64,000 nucleotides of DNA from an uncultured Acidobacteriota bacterium (GTDB lineage: Bacteria > Acidobacteriota > Thermoanaerobaculia > UBA5066 > Gp7-AA6). Below the pieces are notes generated by a model. It saw only the letters and a program-made list of their open reading frames with translations, made no database searches and had not been told where the DNA came from. Below are positions 49,885 through 59,718 of the stretch, one piece after another. Where the stretch lies: assembly GCA_963763535.1 (NCBI GenBank), contig CAVXOX010000005.1, forward strand, positions 27,605-91,604, read 5' to 3'. The position numbers were made by a program, and so were the translations under genes. Position 1 is the stretch's first letter. Each line of letters starts with the position of its first letter.

Positions 49885-50679
49885 TCAGTTTTTCACTTCG
49901 ATGCCGCCCATGAGGATGAACCCGTTCAGCACGAGCGTGCGGACGCGGCCGTCGGCGGGCGGGACCGTGCGGGCCTTGACGTCCGCGCCGCCGAGAAGCG
50001 GCGTCACGTTGACGATCACCTTCCAGCCCTCGGGCACCCGAAAGACGACGCCTCCCATCATGACGAAGATCTCCACGGCGACCTCGTCGCGCGTCAGCGC
50101 GGCCTCCCGCAGGTCGATGTCGAAGCCTCCCGCGATGACCGTGATCGTGCCGCCCCGGAAGTCCGGCGTCTGCACGAGGCGGTGACCGCCGCCGCACAGG
50201 GCGAATTCGTTCAACTCGACGACCGTGCCGCGCCCCGCGAAGGACTCGGTCGCGGCGAGGCCGGCACGCGCGCCCTCGAACGCGCGCTCTCCGGGGTTCG
50301 CGGCGACGCCCGGGGAAGGGCCGCTCATCACGGCCTCGCCCGCGCGCGGCGTCGTCGTCTGCCAGATCAGATACGCGCCGAGCACGACGAGCAGGAACGG
50401 CCACAGGCGATGGAACGGCACCCACAGGAAGCCGAGGTTGCGCAGGATCAGGAGCCCGCCGACGCCGACGAGGATCGCCCCCCAGACGCGCTGACCCGGC
50501 CGCGTCGGATTCAAGAGGCGCGCGAGACCCGGCGCGACGAGGAGGAGCGGCCAGTAGTCCCAGAGCGAGCCCGCGTCGACGAGGCGCAGGTTGTCCAGGA
50601 TGAACAGCGCGCCGAGGAGAACGAGAAACGCGCCGGCGATCACCTTCTCGGTCAGACGGAAGCGCGGTGTGTCACTCAT
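49885..50679 (-). CDS. LiaF-like / DUF2154 membrane protein (cell-envelope stress module partner)
   Basis: N-terminal transmembrane segments, and a C-terminal beta-rich domain with repeated GG(I/V) motifs typical of LiaF_C. Confidence 0.65.
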   Translation of the reverse strand: MSDTPRFRLTEKVIAGAFLVLLGALFILDNLRLVDAGSLWDYWPLLLVAPGLARLLNPTRPGQRVWGAILVGVGGLLILRNLGFLWVPFHRLWPFLLVVLGAYLIWQTTTPRAGEAVMSGPSPGVAANPGERAFEGARAGLAATESFAGRGTVVELNEFALCGGGHRLVQTPDFRGGTITVIAGGFDIDLREAALTRDEVAVEIFVMMGGVVFRVPEGWKVIVNVTPLLGGADVKARTVPPADGRVRTLVLNGFILMGGIEVKN

Positions 50680-50846
50680 GGCCGACCTCCGAAGGAAACG
50701 TACGCGGGAGCGCGCGCGTTGGCTCGGGCTTTTCGGCGAAGGAACGCCGGCGACCGGCGAACGGATGTTATCCTTCGGCCGTCGGTTCGGGTCGAGCGAG
50801 CGCCTCCGCCTCGCGCCCCGCGCCGGCGGTGGAGGAGGAACGAGGA

Positions 50847-52289
50847 ATGGCCACCGACATCATCATGCCGCAGATGGGCGAGTCGATCGCCGAGGGCACC
50901 ATCACCAAGTGGTTGAAGAAGGTCGGCGATCCGATCAAGCGCGACGAGCCGATCTTCGAGATCTCCACGGACAAGGTCGACGCCGAGATCCCGTCGCCGG
51001 TCGCCGGCACCCTGCTCGAGATCAAGGTCCCGGAGGGCGCGACCGTCGCCATCAACACCGTCGTCGGCTCGGTCGGCGAGGCCTCCGAGAAGCCGGCCAC
51101 GGCGAGCCCGCAACCCGCGGCGGCCCCGCCGGCCGCGCCTCCCCCGCCGGCTCCGGTCTCCACGGCCCCCGCTCCGGCGCCGCCCCAGGCGAAGGCACCC
51201 GAGCCGCGTCCCGCGGCGGCGCCTTCCCCGCGTCCGGCCGAGCCCGCTCCTGCTCCGCGGCCCGCGCCCCCCCTGGCGCCGACGCCTGTCGCGGAGCCCG
51301 CCGGCGGCCAGGTCGAGTCGATCGAGGAGCGCATCCGCCGCCGGTCCTCGCCGCTCGTCCGCAAGATCGCACAGGAGAACGCGATCGAGATCGGCGAGGT
51401 CGAGGGCACGGGGATCCACAACCGCGTGACGAAGAACGACATCCTCTCGTACCTCGAGAACCGCAAGGTGGCCGCCGTGCCCTCGCGCGCCGCGACGGCG
51501 CCCTCGGCGGCGCCGCAGATGGGCCGGGCGGAGCCCGCCGAGGCCCCGGCGCCGCGCCCGGCCGCCGCGTCGATCGCCGGCGACCGCGACGAGGTCGTCG
51601 CGATGACGAAGATCCGCCGGATCACCGCCGAGAACATGATCCTCTCGAAGCGGACCTCGGCGCACGTGACGACGGTCTTCCAGATCGACTACACGAACGT
51701 CAGCCGGATCCGCCAGAAGCACAAGGACGAGTTCCTCGCGAAGAACGGCGTCAAGCTGACCTACCTGCCGTTCATCTTCCGCTCGACGATCCAGGCGCTG
51801 CGCCAGTTCCCGCAGGTCAACGCGTCGATCGACGGCGACAGCATCGTCTACCACAAGGACATTCACCTCGGCATGGCGGTCGCGCTCGACTGGGGCCTCA
51901 TCGTCCCCGTCATCCGGAACGCGGACGAGAAGTCGATCCTCGGCCTCGCGCGCGCCACGCAGGACCTCGCCGAGCGGGCGCGCACGAAGCGGCTGAAGCC
52001 CGAGGAGATCCAGGGCGGCACCTTCACCGTGACGAACCCCGGAATGTATGGCTCGCTCTTCGGCACGCCGATCATCCCGCAGCCTCAGGTGGCGATCCTC
52101 GGGGTCGGCACGATCGAGAAGCGGCCCGTCGTCGTCGAGGACGAGGACGGCCAGGACGCGCTCGGCATCCGGACGGTCGGCTATCTCGCCCTCTCGTTCG
52201 ACCACCGGCTGATCGACGGCGCCGACGCGGACAAGTTCATGGCGTCGCTCAAGACCACTCTCGAGTCGGGAGAGTTCGACCTCGGATAG
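50847..52289 (+). CDS. 2-oxoacid dehydrogenase E2 component (dihydrolipoamide acyltransferase): lipoyl domain, E3-binding domain and catalytic domain
   Basis: Lipoyl-lysine motif (EISTDKVDAEIPSP), an Ala/Pro linker, a PSBD segment (SPLVRKIAQE) and the catalytic DHRLIDGA. A GGAGGA ribosome-binding site precedes the ATG at 50847. Confidence 0.9.
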   Translation: MATDIIMPQMGESIAEGTITKWLKKVGDPIKRDEPIFEISTDKVDAEIPSPVAGTLLEIKVPEGATVAINTVVGSVGEASEKPATASPQPAAAPPAAPPPPAPVSTAPAPAPPQAKAPEPRPAAAPSPRPAEPAPAPRPAPPLAPTPVAEPAGGQVESIEERIRRRSSPLVRKIAQENAIEIGEVEGTGIHNRVTKNDILSYLENRKVAAVPSRAATAPSAAPQMGRAEPAEAPAPRPAAASIAGDRDEVVAMTKIRRITAENMILSKRTSAHVTTVFQIDYTNVSRIRQKHKDEFLAKNGVKLTYLPFIFRSTIQALRQFPQVNASIDGDSIVYHKDIHLGMAVALDWGLIVPVIRNADEKSILGLARATQDLAERARTKRLKPEEIQGGTFTVTNPGMYGSLFGTPIIPQPQVAILGVGTIEKRPVVVEDEDGQDALGIRTVGYLALSFDHRLIDGADADKFMASLKTTLESGEFDLG

Positions 52290-52350
52290 GACTGCGGCGG
52301 GAGAACGCCGCATCGGAGGTCGGGCCGGCGAAGCCGGGCCGAGTTCCGAA

Positions 52351-53610
52351 ATGAAGCCCGTTCCGCCCGTTCCCCGGCTGGGAGGACCGGCGTGCGCGGC
52401 GCTCTTCGCCGCGGCCTTCGCCGTGCGCGTGGCGGCCACCCTGGTGTCGGGAAATTTCGGGGACGCCGGCGCCTACCAGCTCGCGGCGCGAACGCTCTGG
52501 CAGACGGGGGCCTATCCGCTCCGGGCCGACGCGCTCTTCTTCCGGCCGCCCGCCTACTCGGCCTTCCTCGCCGCGGTCACGCTCGGCCATCCCGAGCGCG
52601 TCCAGGCGGCTCGCGTGGCCAACGCCGCTCTCGGCGCTCTCGTCCCTCTCCTGCTCGCCGCGCTGTCGGCCCGGGTCTTCGGGAGCCGCCGGCTCGCCCT
52701 CGCGACCGGAGCGCTCGCGGCCGTGCACCCCGCCTTCGTTCTCGCGGCCTCGAGGCTCCAGACGGAGCCGCTCTATCTCGTCCTGCTCCTGGCGGCGGCG
52801 CACCTGCTGCTCGCGGCCTCCGACCGGCCCTCCTCGAATCTCGCGCTCCTCTCCGGCGTCCTCCTCGCGCTCGCGGCGTTGACGCGCTCGGTCGGCCTGG
52901 CGTTCGTTCCCTTCCTGCTCGCGCCGCTCCGAGACGGCCGCTATCCGTTTCGCGCGCGCTGGCATCTCGCCATGTCCGCCCTTCTCGGGTTCGTCCTCGC
53001 GCTCGCCCCGTGGACGGCGAGAAACGCGCTCGTCTTTCACGAGTTCCTCCTCGTCAACGACGCCGCGGGCTATGCCTTCTACGGCGGGAACTCCGACGCC
53101 TCTCTCGGCCTCATCGACGCGCGCAACCGCGCCGAGCTCTCGCAGGCCGTCGATGCCCTCGAGCGCGCGCGCGCCGCGAGGGTCGCCGCCCTGCCGGACC
53201 GAGTCCGGCGCTCTCCGACACTCCTGTCGCGCGCCCTGACCGAGTCGGCGATCGCCGAGCGTCGGGCGAACCCGCGCGGCACCGCCCGCCTGCTCGCCGC
53301 GAAGGTCCTGGACTGGCTCCGCCCCTTTCCCGACCCGCGCTTCTGGCCGAGGGGCGTCGTCTGGACGGTCGGCGTCTTCACCGTCGCGCTGTTCGGCCTC
53401 GCGGCCGTCGGCCTCGCCGTCGCGGCGCGCCGGGGCGTCGTCGCCTTCTGCCTCGCCTTCCTGGCCGTCTCGATGTCGGTCCACGTCGCCCTGGAGGTGA
53501 ACTGGCGCTACCGCAGCGCGGCGTGGGATCCGATCCTCCTTCTCTATGCCGCACCCGGCGCGGCCGCCCTCGCGTCGCGGCGCGCGGCAACAACGCGAGT
53601 CGCGTCGTGA
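52351..53610 (+). CDS. Polytopic membrane glycosyltransferase, GT39/ArnT/PMT-like (putative)
   Basis: About ten predicted transmembrane segments with a GT-C-like topology. There is no soluble catalytic domain. Confidence 0.55.
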   Translation: MKPVPPVPRLGGPACAALFAAAFAVRVAATLVSGNFGDAGAYQLAARTLWQTGAYPLRADALFFRPPAYSAFLAAVTLGHPERVQAARVANAALGALVPLLLAALSARVFGSRRLALATGALAAVHPAFVLAASRLQTEPLYLVLLLAAAHLLLAASDRPSSNLALLSGVLLALAALTRSVGLAFVPFLLAPLRDGRYPFRARWHLAMSALLGFVLALAPWTARNALVFHEFLLVNDAAGYAFYGGNSDASLGLIDARNRAELSQAVDALERARAARVAALPDRVRRSPTLLSRALTESAIAERRANPRGTARLLAAKVLDWLRPFPDPRFWPRGVVWTVGVFTVALFGLAAVGLAVAARRGVVAFCLAFLAVSMSVHVALEVNWRYRSAAWDPILLLYAAPGAAALASRRAATTRVAS

Positions 53611-54404
53611 TCCTCGAAGCGCTGCGCCGAGCGCGCGAGGCCGCCTACCGCGCCGCGAGCCCCTTCGAGGCGGCGTGGCGCCGCGTGACCGGCCGGGGGG
53701 CGTTGCCCCCGCTCTGGCTCCGCCGCCACGCGGGCGCGGTTTCGCGCTTCGAACCCGCCGCCCGCGACGCGGGCGCTTTCCTGGATCGCCTCGGTCTCGT
53801 CGCGCCGGATTGCCGCGTGCTGGACGTGGGCTGCGGAGCCGGTGCGCTCGTGCCGGAATTCGCGCGGCGTCTCGGTTCGGGCGGACAGTACGTGGGATTC
53901 GACGTGCACGCGCCCTCGATCCGCTGGTGCCGCACCGCGTACGCGGCCGACTCCCGGTTCCGGTTCGAGATCGCCGACGTCGCCTCTCCGTACGGGCACG
54001 CCACGGGCCCGTCCGCGCGGACCTACCGCTTCCCCGCCGAGGACGCCACCTGCGACCTCGTCATCGCCAAGTCGGTGTTCACGCACCTTCTCGCGGAGGA
54101 CGCCACGCACTACCTCGGCGAGATTCGCCGGGTGCTCCGGCCCGGGAAGGCCGCGGTCGTGACGGCTTTCCTGTTCGCACCCGACCGCCTCGTCCGCGTG
54201 CAGCGGGCCTTCCCCTTCGGCGATCCCTCGGGGTTCGTCCGCTGGCGCTTGCGGTCGCGCCCGACGGCGGCCGTCGCGTACGCGCGGGAGTTCTTCGAGG
54301 GAATGATCGCGAGGGCGGGCCTTCGCCTCCAGTGGCTGTCGGAGGGCTACCATCCGGGCGAGGAGCGCCTCACCGGCCAGGACACCCTCCTGCTCGGTCT
54401 CTGA
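53607..54404 (+). CDS. Class I SAM-dependent methyltransferase
   Basis: Motif I (VLDVGCGAG) and a post-I acidic residue. The GTG start overlaps the GT39 stop (GTGA). Confidence 0.75.
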   Translation: MILEALRRAREAAYRAASPFEAAWRRVTGRGALPPLWLRRHAGAVSRFEPAARDAGAFLDRLGLVAPDCRVLDVGCGAGALVPEFARRLGSGGQYVGFDVHAPSIRWCRTAYAADSRFRFEIADVASPYGHATGPSARTYRFPAEDATCDLVIAKSVFTHLLAEDATHYLGEIRRVLRPGKAAVVTAFLFAPDRLVRVQRAFPFGDPSGFVRWRLRSRPTAAVAYAREFFEGMIARAGLRLQWLSEGYHPGEERLTGQDTLLLGL

Positions 54405-54421
54405 GCGTTAGACTCGAACGG

Positions 54422-55108
54422 ATGGAGAGCGCCACCGCCCCGGCTGCCGCCCCGCCGCTCGCCGTCGAGTGGCTGGGCCGCCTCGCCTACGACGACGCGC
54501 TCGCGATCCAGCGCGACGCGGCCGCGCGCGTGGCGGCGGGAGAGGGCGACCGGCTGCTGCTGCTCGAGCACGAACCGGTCTTCACGCTCGGCCGCAACGC
54601 GAGCGCCGAGGACGTCCTGTTTTCCGCCGAGCGCTGCCGCGCGCTCGGCATCGCGATCCGAGAGACGAATCGCGGCGGCAAGGTCACGTACCACGGACCC
54701 GGGCAGATCGTCGGCTATCCGATCGTGAACCTCTCGCCCGACCGCCGCGACGTGAAGCGCTACGTCACGGACCTCGAGGAGGTCGTCCTCCGCGCCCTCG
54801 CCGGTCTCGGCATCGAGGCGTCGCGCTCCGACCGCCGGGAGCGCGTCACCTCCGTCTGGGTCGGCAACGACAAGATCGCGGCGATCGGGGTCCATCTCTC
54901 GCGATGGATCACGACCCACGGCTTCGCCTTGAACGTCACGGACGAGCCGCTCCCCCATTTCGCGGGCATCGTGCCCTGCGGCATCACCGACGGGGGCGTC
55001 ACCTCGATCGAGCGCTGCACCGGGAGGCGGCTCCGTCCGGAGGACCTCGCGGGAACCGTCGCGGCGCATTTCGGCGAGGTCTTCGGCCGCGAGATAATCG
55101 CCCCGTGA
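54422..55108 (+). CDS. lipB: Lipoyl(octanoyl) transferase
   Basis: LipB motifs ([25 protein letters not shown], catalytic CG in GIVPCGI). Confidence 0.9.
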   Translation: MESATAPAAAPPLAVEWLGRLAYDDALAIQRDAAARVAAGEGDRLLLLEHEPVFTLGRNASAEDVLFSAERCRALGIAIRETNRGGKVTYHGPGQIVGYPIVNLSPDRRDVKRYVTDLEEVVLRALAGLGIEASRSDRRERVTSVWVGNDKIAAIGVHLSRWITTHGFALNVTDEPLPHFAGIVPCGITDGGVTSIERCTGRRLRPEDLAGTVAAHFGEVFGREIIAP

Positions 55109-56022
55109 AGACGGAGCTTCCCGTGCACGACGCGGCGCCGCGCGCGACGCGCCTCGACCGGCCCGAGTGGCTGAAGGTGCGCCTCTCGACGACCGGCGAG
55201 TACGAGGACGTGCGCCGGATGATGCGTCGCCTCTCGCTCGTGACGGTGTGCGAGGAGGCCCGCTGTCCCAACATCCACGAGTGCTGGGCGCGCGAGCGCA
55301 CGGCGACGTTCATGCTGATGGGCGACGTCTGCACCCGCCACTGTGGCTTCTGCGCCGTCGGCAAGGGGCGCCCCGGCGCGCTCGATCCGGAGGAGCCCGG
55401 GCGCGTCGCCGAGGCCGCGGCCGAGCTCGGCCTCTCGCACGCCGTCGTCACGTCCGTCAACCGCGACGATCTTCCGGACGGCGGGGCCGCCCACTTCGCG
55501 GAGACGATCCGGGCGATCCGCTCGCGCAATCCGCGGACCACCGTCGAGGTCCTGATCCCCGACTTCCAGGGCGATCCGGACGCGCTCGAGACGGTGCTCG
55601 ACGCCGCGCCGGAGATCCTCAACCACAACATGGAGACCGTCGAGCGGCTCTACCGCCGCGTCCGTCCCGACGCGGGCTACGCGCAGTCGCTCACACTGCT
55701 CCGGCAGGCCGCCGGGCGCCGCGACCGCGACGGCCTCGCGCTGCGCACGAAGTCCGGCCTGATGGTGGGACTCGGCGAGACGCTCGACGAGGTCGTCCGG
55801 CTGCTCGAGGACCTCCGGGCCGCCGGCTGCGACATCGCGACGATCGGGCAGTACCTTCAGCCCCACGCCCGGCGGCTGCCGATCGAGCGCTACTACGCGC
55901 CCGAGGAGTTCGACCGTCTGCGCCGCGCCGGGGAGGCGATGGGCTTTCTCCGCGTCGAGTCGGGACCGCTCGTGCGCTCCTCGTATCACGCCCGCCGCGC
56001 CCTCGAGGGCCCGGCGGCGTGA
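55105..56022 (+). CDS. lipA: Lipoyl synthase
   Basis: [12 protein letters not shown] auxiliary-cluster motif and CTRHCGFC radical-SAM motif. The GTG start overlaps the lipB stop. Confidence 0.92.
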   Translation: MKTELPVHDAAPRATRLDRPEWLKVRLSTTGEYEDVRRMMRRLSLVTVCEEARCPNIHECWARERTATFMLMGDVCTRHCGFCAVGKGRPGALDPEEPGRVAEAAAELGLSHAVVTSVNRDDLPDGGAAHFAETIRAIRSRNPRTTVEVLIPDFQGDPDALETVLDAAPEILNHNMETVERLYRRVRPDAGYAQSLTLLRQAAGRRDRDGLALRTKSGLMVGLGETLDEVVRLLEDLRAAGCDIATIGQYLQPHARRLPIERYYAPEEFDRLRRAGEAMGFLRVESGPLVRSSYHARRALEGPAA

Positions 56023-56780
56023 CGGATCGCCGCCGAACCTTCCGCCGGCTCGCCGCCTTCTTCGCGCTGCTCCTCTCGGGCGGACTCGCGGCGCTCGCGC
56101 AGACGCATGGGGCCATCCAGGTGAAACAGCAGCCGCCCGCCTATCCCGACGACCTCTGGAAGACGCAGCAGCAGGGCAACGTATTGCTGATCGGGCGGAT
56201 CGACGCGCACGGCCGCGTCCAGGACGTCGTCGTCGTCGGCGCCTCGCAGAAGGACTTCGAGCAGCCGGCGCTGCAGGCGGTGCGCGCGTGGGAGTTCAAG
56301 CCCGCCTCGCGCGACGGGAAGCCGATCGAGGTCTTCCTGAATGCCGCCGTGCGCTTCCGCATCCCGGGCGATCATCGCGGAGAGATCCCGCAGCCGATCC
56401 TCGGCGACCTCGCGATCCTTCCCGCCGACGCGTCGGGCAAGGCGACGGCGCCCGAGGGCTTCCCGCTCCGGCTCGGCAAGGACCCGGCGCTCCGGGCCGA
56501 GGCCGTGCTCGACATTGCGCCGAATCCCGCCGCGCGGACGCTCGCGGTGCGGGTCGAGGCGCGATCGCCCTCGGGAAAGATCTATCCCGTCTTCCAGCCG
56601 CCCGTCCTCGTCCCGGCCCAGGCGGCCGAGGTCCGGATCCCCTCCGTCGTGAAGATCGGCGACGATTGGGAGGAGGGCGTCTGGGGACTCCTCTTCACCG
56701 TCGATGGAAAGGGAGCGGGCGGCGGGCAGTTCTGGCTCGCGCGCGACCCGGCGCGCTTCCCGTTCGTCCCGAAGGCGTGA
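56019..56780 (+). CDS. TonB C-terminal-domain protein (TonB family)
   Basis: Signal/transmembrane N-terminus followed by a TonB_C-like block ([37 protein letters not shown]...[10 protein letters not shown]). The GTG start overlaps the lipA stop. Confidence 0.6.
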   Translation: MTDRRRTFRRLAAFFALLLSGGLAALAQTHGAIQVKQQPPAYPDDLWKTQQQGNVLLIGRIDAHGRVQDVVVVGASQKDFEQPALQAVRAWEFKPASRDGKPIEVFLNAAVRFRIPGDHRGEIPQPILGDLAILPADASGKATAPEGFPLRLGKDPALRAEAVLDIAPNPAARTLAVRVEARSPSGKIYPVFQPPVLVPAQAAEVRIPSVVKIGDDWEEGVWGLLFTVDGKGAGGGQFWLARDPARFPFVPKA

Positions 56781-57637
56781 GCCGCTTCGCCGCCGTGTCT
56801 TTGTTCGAAACCGAACCCTCGCTTCGCTCGGCTCCCGCTTCGACGCGGCGTTTCCTCGCCGCGCTCGCCGCGCTGGCCGCCATGGCTCTCGCCCTCGGGT
56901 GTGCGACCGCGCCGTCGGCCTCGGTCGCCGGGCCGAGCTGCCCGGGCTTCGCGCCGCCGCGCATCGTGGCCGCCGGACCGGCGTCGCTGCCGCCGACGTG
57001 GACGGCGGCGCGGCTCGGATGCGAGGTGACCGAGGAGATCGTCGTCGAGAAGACGGGCGCCGTGCGGGAGACGCGCCTCGTCGCCGCCGCCGTCGCGCCG
57101 CTCGCCCCCTTCGCGGAGGCCTCGCTCGAGAAGTCGCGCTTCTCGCCGGGATCGATCGAGGGCAACCCCGTCGCGGTCCGGGGCGTGATCGCGGTGCCGA
57201 TCGGCATGGTGCGCAAGCTTCCGAACGAGCCGCCCTTCGACACGGTCCGCGTCTTCGTGGCCGGCGGAGAGGCGCGGGAGGCGCGCTGGCAGCTCGCGGG
57301 CAGCGTCGACCGCCTCACGCTGGTCGCGCACGTCGGGAGCGCGGCGGCGAACGGCGGCGCGTCCATCGTCGCGATCGCGCCGGGCGGCGCGGAGAAGGTT
57401 CTGCTCACGATTCCCGCCGCGGCCCCGCCGATCGAGGTGCGCGAGACGGTCCGGACCGGACGCTTCTTCCACGAGGCCGGCGACTACGCGCTTCGGCTGC
57501 GCGCCGGCGGCAAGACGCTCGCCACGACCACGCTGACGATCGCTTCGGGATTCGAGACGGCCGTGGTCAACGCGTGCGAGCCGCTGCCGGGACCGGCGGG
57601 CGGAACGGGGTCGGAAAGAACAGGGCCGGGGCACTGA
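56777..57637 (+). CDS. Lipoprotein with a TonB_C-like / unknown domain
   Basis: Lipobox (ALAAMALALGC) and a weak TonB_C-like segment. It is the last gene of the lipB-lipA-tonB-like string and its start overlaps the upstream stop. Confidence 0.45.
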   Translation: MSRFAAVSLFETEPSLRSAPASTRRFLAALAALAAMALALGCATAPSASVAGPSCPGFAPPRIVAAGPASLPPTWTAARLGCEVTEEIVVEKTGAVRETRLVAAAVAPLAPFAEASLEKSRFSPGSIEGNPVAVRGVIAVPIGMVRKLPNEPPFDTVRVFVAGGEAREARWQLAGSVDRLTLVAHVGSAAANGGASIVAIAPGGAEKVLLTIPAAAPPIEVRETVRTGRFFHEAGDYALRLRAGGKTLATTTLTIASGFETAVVNACEPLPGPAGGTGSERTGPGH

Positions 57638-57703
57638 CCCCGGCCCGCGCACGATACCTTCGCCTCCCGGCGATTCTCGAAGAGTGTACCCCGGCCGCCG
57701 CCG

Positions 57704-58714
57704 CTACCGAAAGTCCCGAACGTCGCGAAAGGGAGTCTCCCGGTCCTTGAAGTCGGGCCGGTAGTACTTGCCGGCGGTCTCGAGCTCCTGCTGGTAGCCG
57801 TTGGAGAGCCCGTTCGCCTCGAGCGCGGCGAGCGCCTCCTCCCATTCCTCGGCCGTGATGGAGCGCGAGAGCGCCGCGTACTTCTCGTTCGAGGCCGCGC
57901 GGTGGATCGGGTAGTACTGGGCCATCAGCGAGATCGCGACGCGGGGCGACAGCGTCTCGGCGATCCAGGCGAGCGTCTCACCGACGCCGGCCGCTCCGTT
58001 CGGCAGGACGAGGACGCGCACGAGGAGCCCGCCGCGCAGGAGCCCGTCGTCGTCGAGGTCGAGGCGAGAGCCCTTCTGCCGGAACATCTCGAGGAGAGCG
58101 GCGCGCGCGTGCGAGGGATAGTCGGGCACCTTCGAGTAGAGCGATCCGGCGCCGGCATCCGCGTACTTGAAGTCGGGCAGGTAGACGTCGACGATCCCTT
58201 CGAGAAGGCGCAGCACCTCGACCGAGTCGTAGGCGTTCGTGTTGTAGACGATCGGAAGGTTCAGCCCGCGTCGCGCCGCGAGGAGCACGGCCTTCGCCAT
58301 CTGCGGGGCGAAGTGCGTCGGCGAGACGAAGCCGATGTTGTGGCAGCCGCGCTCCTGGAGCTCGAGCGCCATGTCGGCGACGCGCTCGACCGAGATCTCG
58401 TTCGTCCGCTGCGTCGGGTAGTCCTGGCTGATCTGGTAGTTCTGGCAGTAGACGCAGCGCAGGTTGCAGTTGCCGAAGAAGATGTTGCCGGCTCCGCGCG
58501 TGCCCGAGAGGCAGGGCTCCTCGCCGAAGTGCGGCGTGTGGGCGGAGACGATCGGCCGCTCGCCGGAGGCGCAGGAGGCGAGAACACCGGCGAGCCGGTC
58601 GTTGCCGCAGTCGCGCGGGCAGACCGTGCAGGCGCGGAGCAGCGCGTACAGCTTCTCGACCCTCTCCTCGAGCTCCCCCGTCTCGAGGAGCCGGCGGTAA
58701 CCCGGTTCGAACAT
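57704..58714 (-). CDS. Radical SAM protein, PflX-like (homologue of pyruvate formate-lyase activating enzymes; COG1313)
   Basis: CNLRCVYCQN radical-SAM motif, and an N-terminal Cys cluster (CTVCPRDCG). Confidence 0.7.
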   Translation of the reverse strand: MFEPGYRRLLETGELEERVEKLYALLRACTVCPRDCGNDRLAGVLASCASGERPIVSAHTPHFGEEPCLSGTRGAGNIFFGNCNLRCVYCQNYQISQDYPTQRTNEISVERVADMALELQERGCHNIGFVSPTHFAPQMAKAVLLAARRGLNLPIVYNTNAYDSVEVLRLLEGIVDVYLPDFKYADAGAGSLYSKVPDYPSHARAALLEMFRQKGSRLDLDDDGLLRGGLLVRVLVLPNGAAGVGETLAWIAETLSPRVAISLMAQYYPIHRAASNEKYAALSRSITAEEWEEALAALEANGLSNGYQQELETAGKYYRPDFKDRETPFRDVRDFR

Positions 58715-58725
58715 CGCCGACCAGT

Positions 58726-59649
58726 CTAAGCGAACCGGGCGGGCAGCCGGCAGTCCGACGGCTTCTTGTCGTCGCGGAGCCCGAGGAACACGGGCTGGCG
58801 CAGCTTCCCGTCCGCGGTCCACTCCTGGAACGCGATCTGCGCGACGAGGCGCGGCGCGAGCCAGACCGCCCCCTTCTCCCGCGGCGGATTCACGAACGGG
58901 GACTTCGCGCGGACGATGGGACGAAACGTCTTCGCGAGCGCGGCGAGGGTGTCCGCCGTGAACCCCGTCCCGACCTTGCCGACGTAGACGAGCTCGCGTC
59001 CCCGGTACGCGCCGAGGAGGAGAGCGCCGAGGTTTTCGCGCGAGCCCTTCGGCGGCGTGTAGCCGCCGACGACGAGCTCCTCCTCCTGATGGACCTTGAC
59101 CTTCAGCCACCGCGTGCTGCGCCGCCCCTCGTAGCGCGAGGACTCGTCCTTGGCGACGAGCCCCTCGAAGCCGCGCCGCTTCGCCTCGCGGTAGGCGGCG
59201 AGCCCGTTTGCCGCCAGCCGACGCGAGAGGAACAGCCGCTTCGAAGCGCCGCGGAGCGCTTCGGCCGCCTCGGAGCGGCGCGCGGCGAGCGGCTCGCCGC
59301 GCAGGTCGCGGCCGTTCCGATAGAGGCAGTCGAAGACCGCGAAGTCCGTTTCGCCGCCGCGCTGGAGGAGCTGGAAGCGCGAGATGCCCTTGCGGTCGAA
59401 CACGACCGCCTCGCCGTCGAGCAGGAGCGTGCGGTCCGGGAGACCGGCGATCGCCGCCGCGACGTCGCGGAACGAGTCGGTGCGGTCCTTGTCGTTGCGC
59501 GAGAAGAGGCGCACGCGCTCCCCCTCCTTGTACGCGAGGATGCGGTAGCCGTCGTACTTCTCCTCGTAGGTCCAGCCCGCCCGGTCGAAGGGCTCGCCGA
59601 CGAGGGTCGCGAGCATCGGCGAGGCGCGGAACGGGATGCGGTCGCTCAC
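58726..59649 (-). CDS. ATP-dependent DNA ligase (LigD ligase-domain type, stand-alone)
   Basis: Motif I KYDGYR, the nucleotidyltransferase region and an OB-fold region. No Ku or polymerase domain is present in the window. Confidence 0.85.
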   Translation of the reverse strand: MSDRIPFRASPMLATLVGEPFDRAGWTYEEKYDGYRILAYKEGERVRLFSRNDKDRTDSFRDVAAAIAGLPDRTLLLDGEAVVFDRKGISRFQLLQRGGETDFAVFDCLYRNGRDLRGEPLAARRSEAAEALRGASKRLFLSRRLAANGLAAYREAKRRGFEGLVAKDESSRYEGRRSTRWLKVKVHQEEELVVGGYTPPKGSRENLGALLLGAYRGRELVYVGKVGTGFTADTLAALAKTFRPIVRAKSPFVNPPREKGAVWLAPRLVAQIAFQEWTADGKLRQPVFLGLRDDKKPSDCRLPARFA

Positions 59650-59718
59650 GCGCGGGACGCGGAAGGGCGCGCGGGACGGCGGGAAATCGGGGCCGCTCGT
59701 CTACAATGAGCCAACCGC

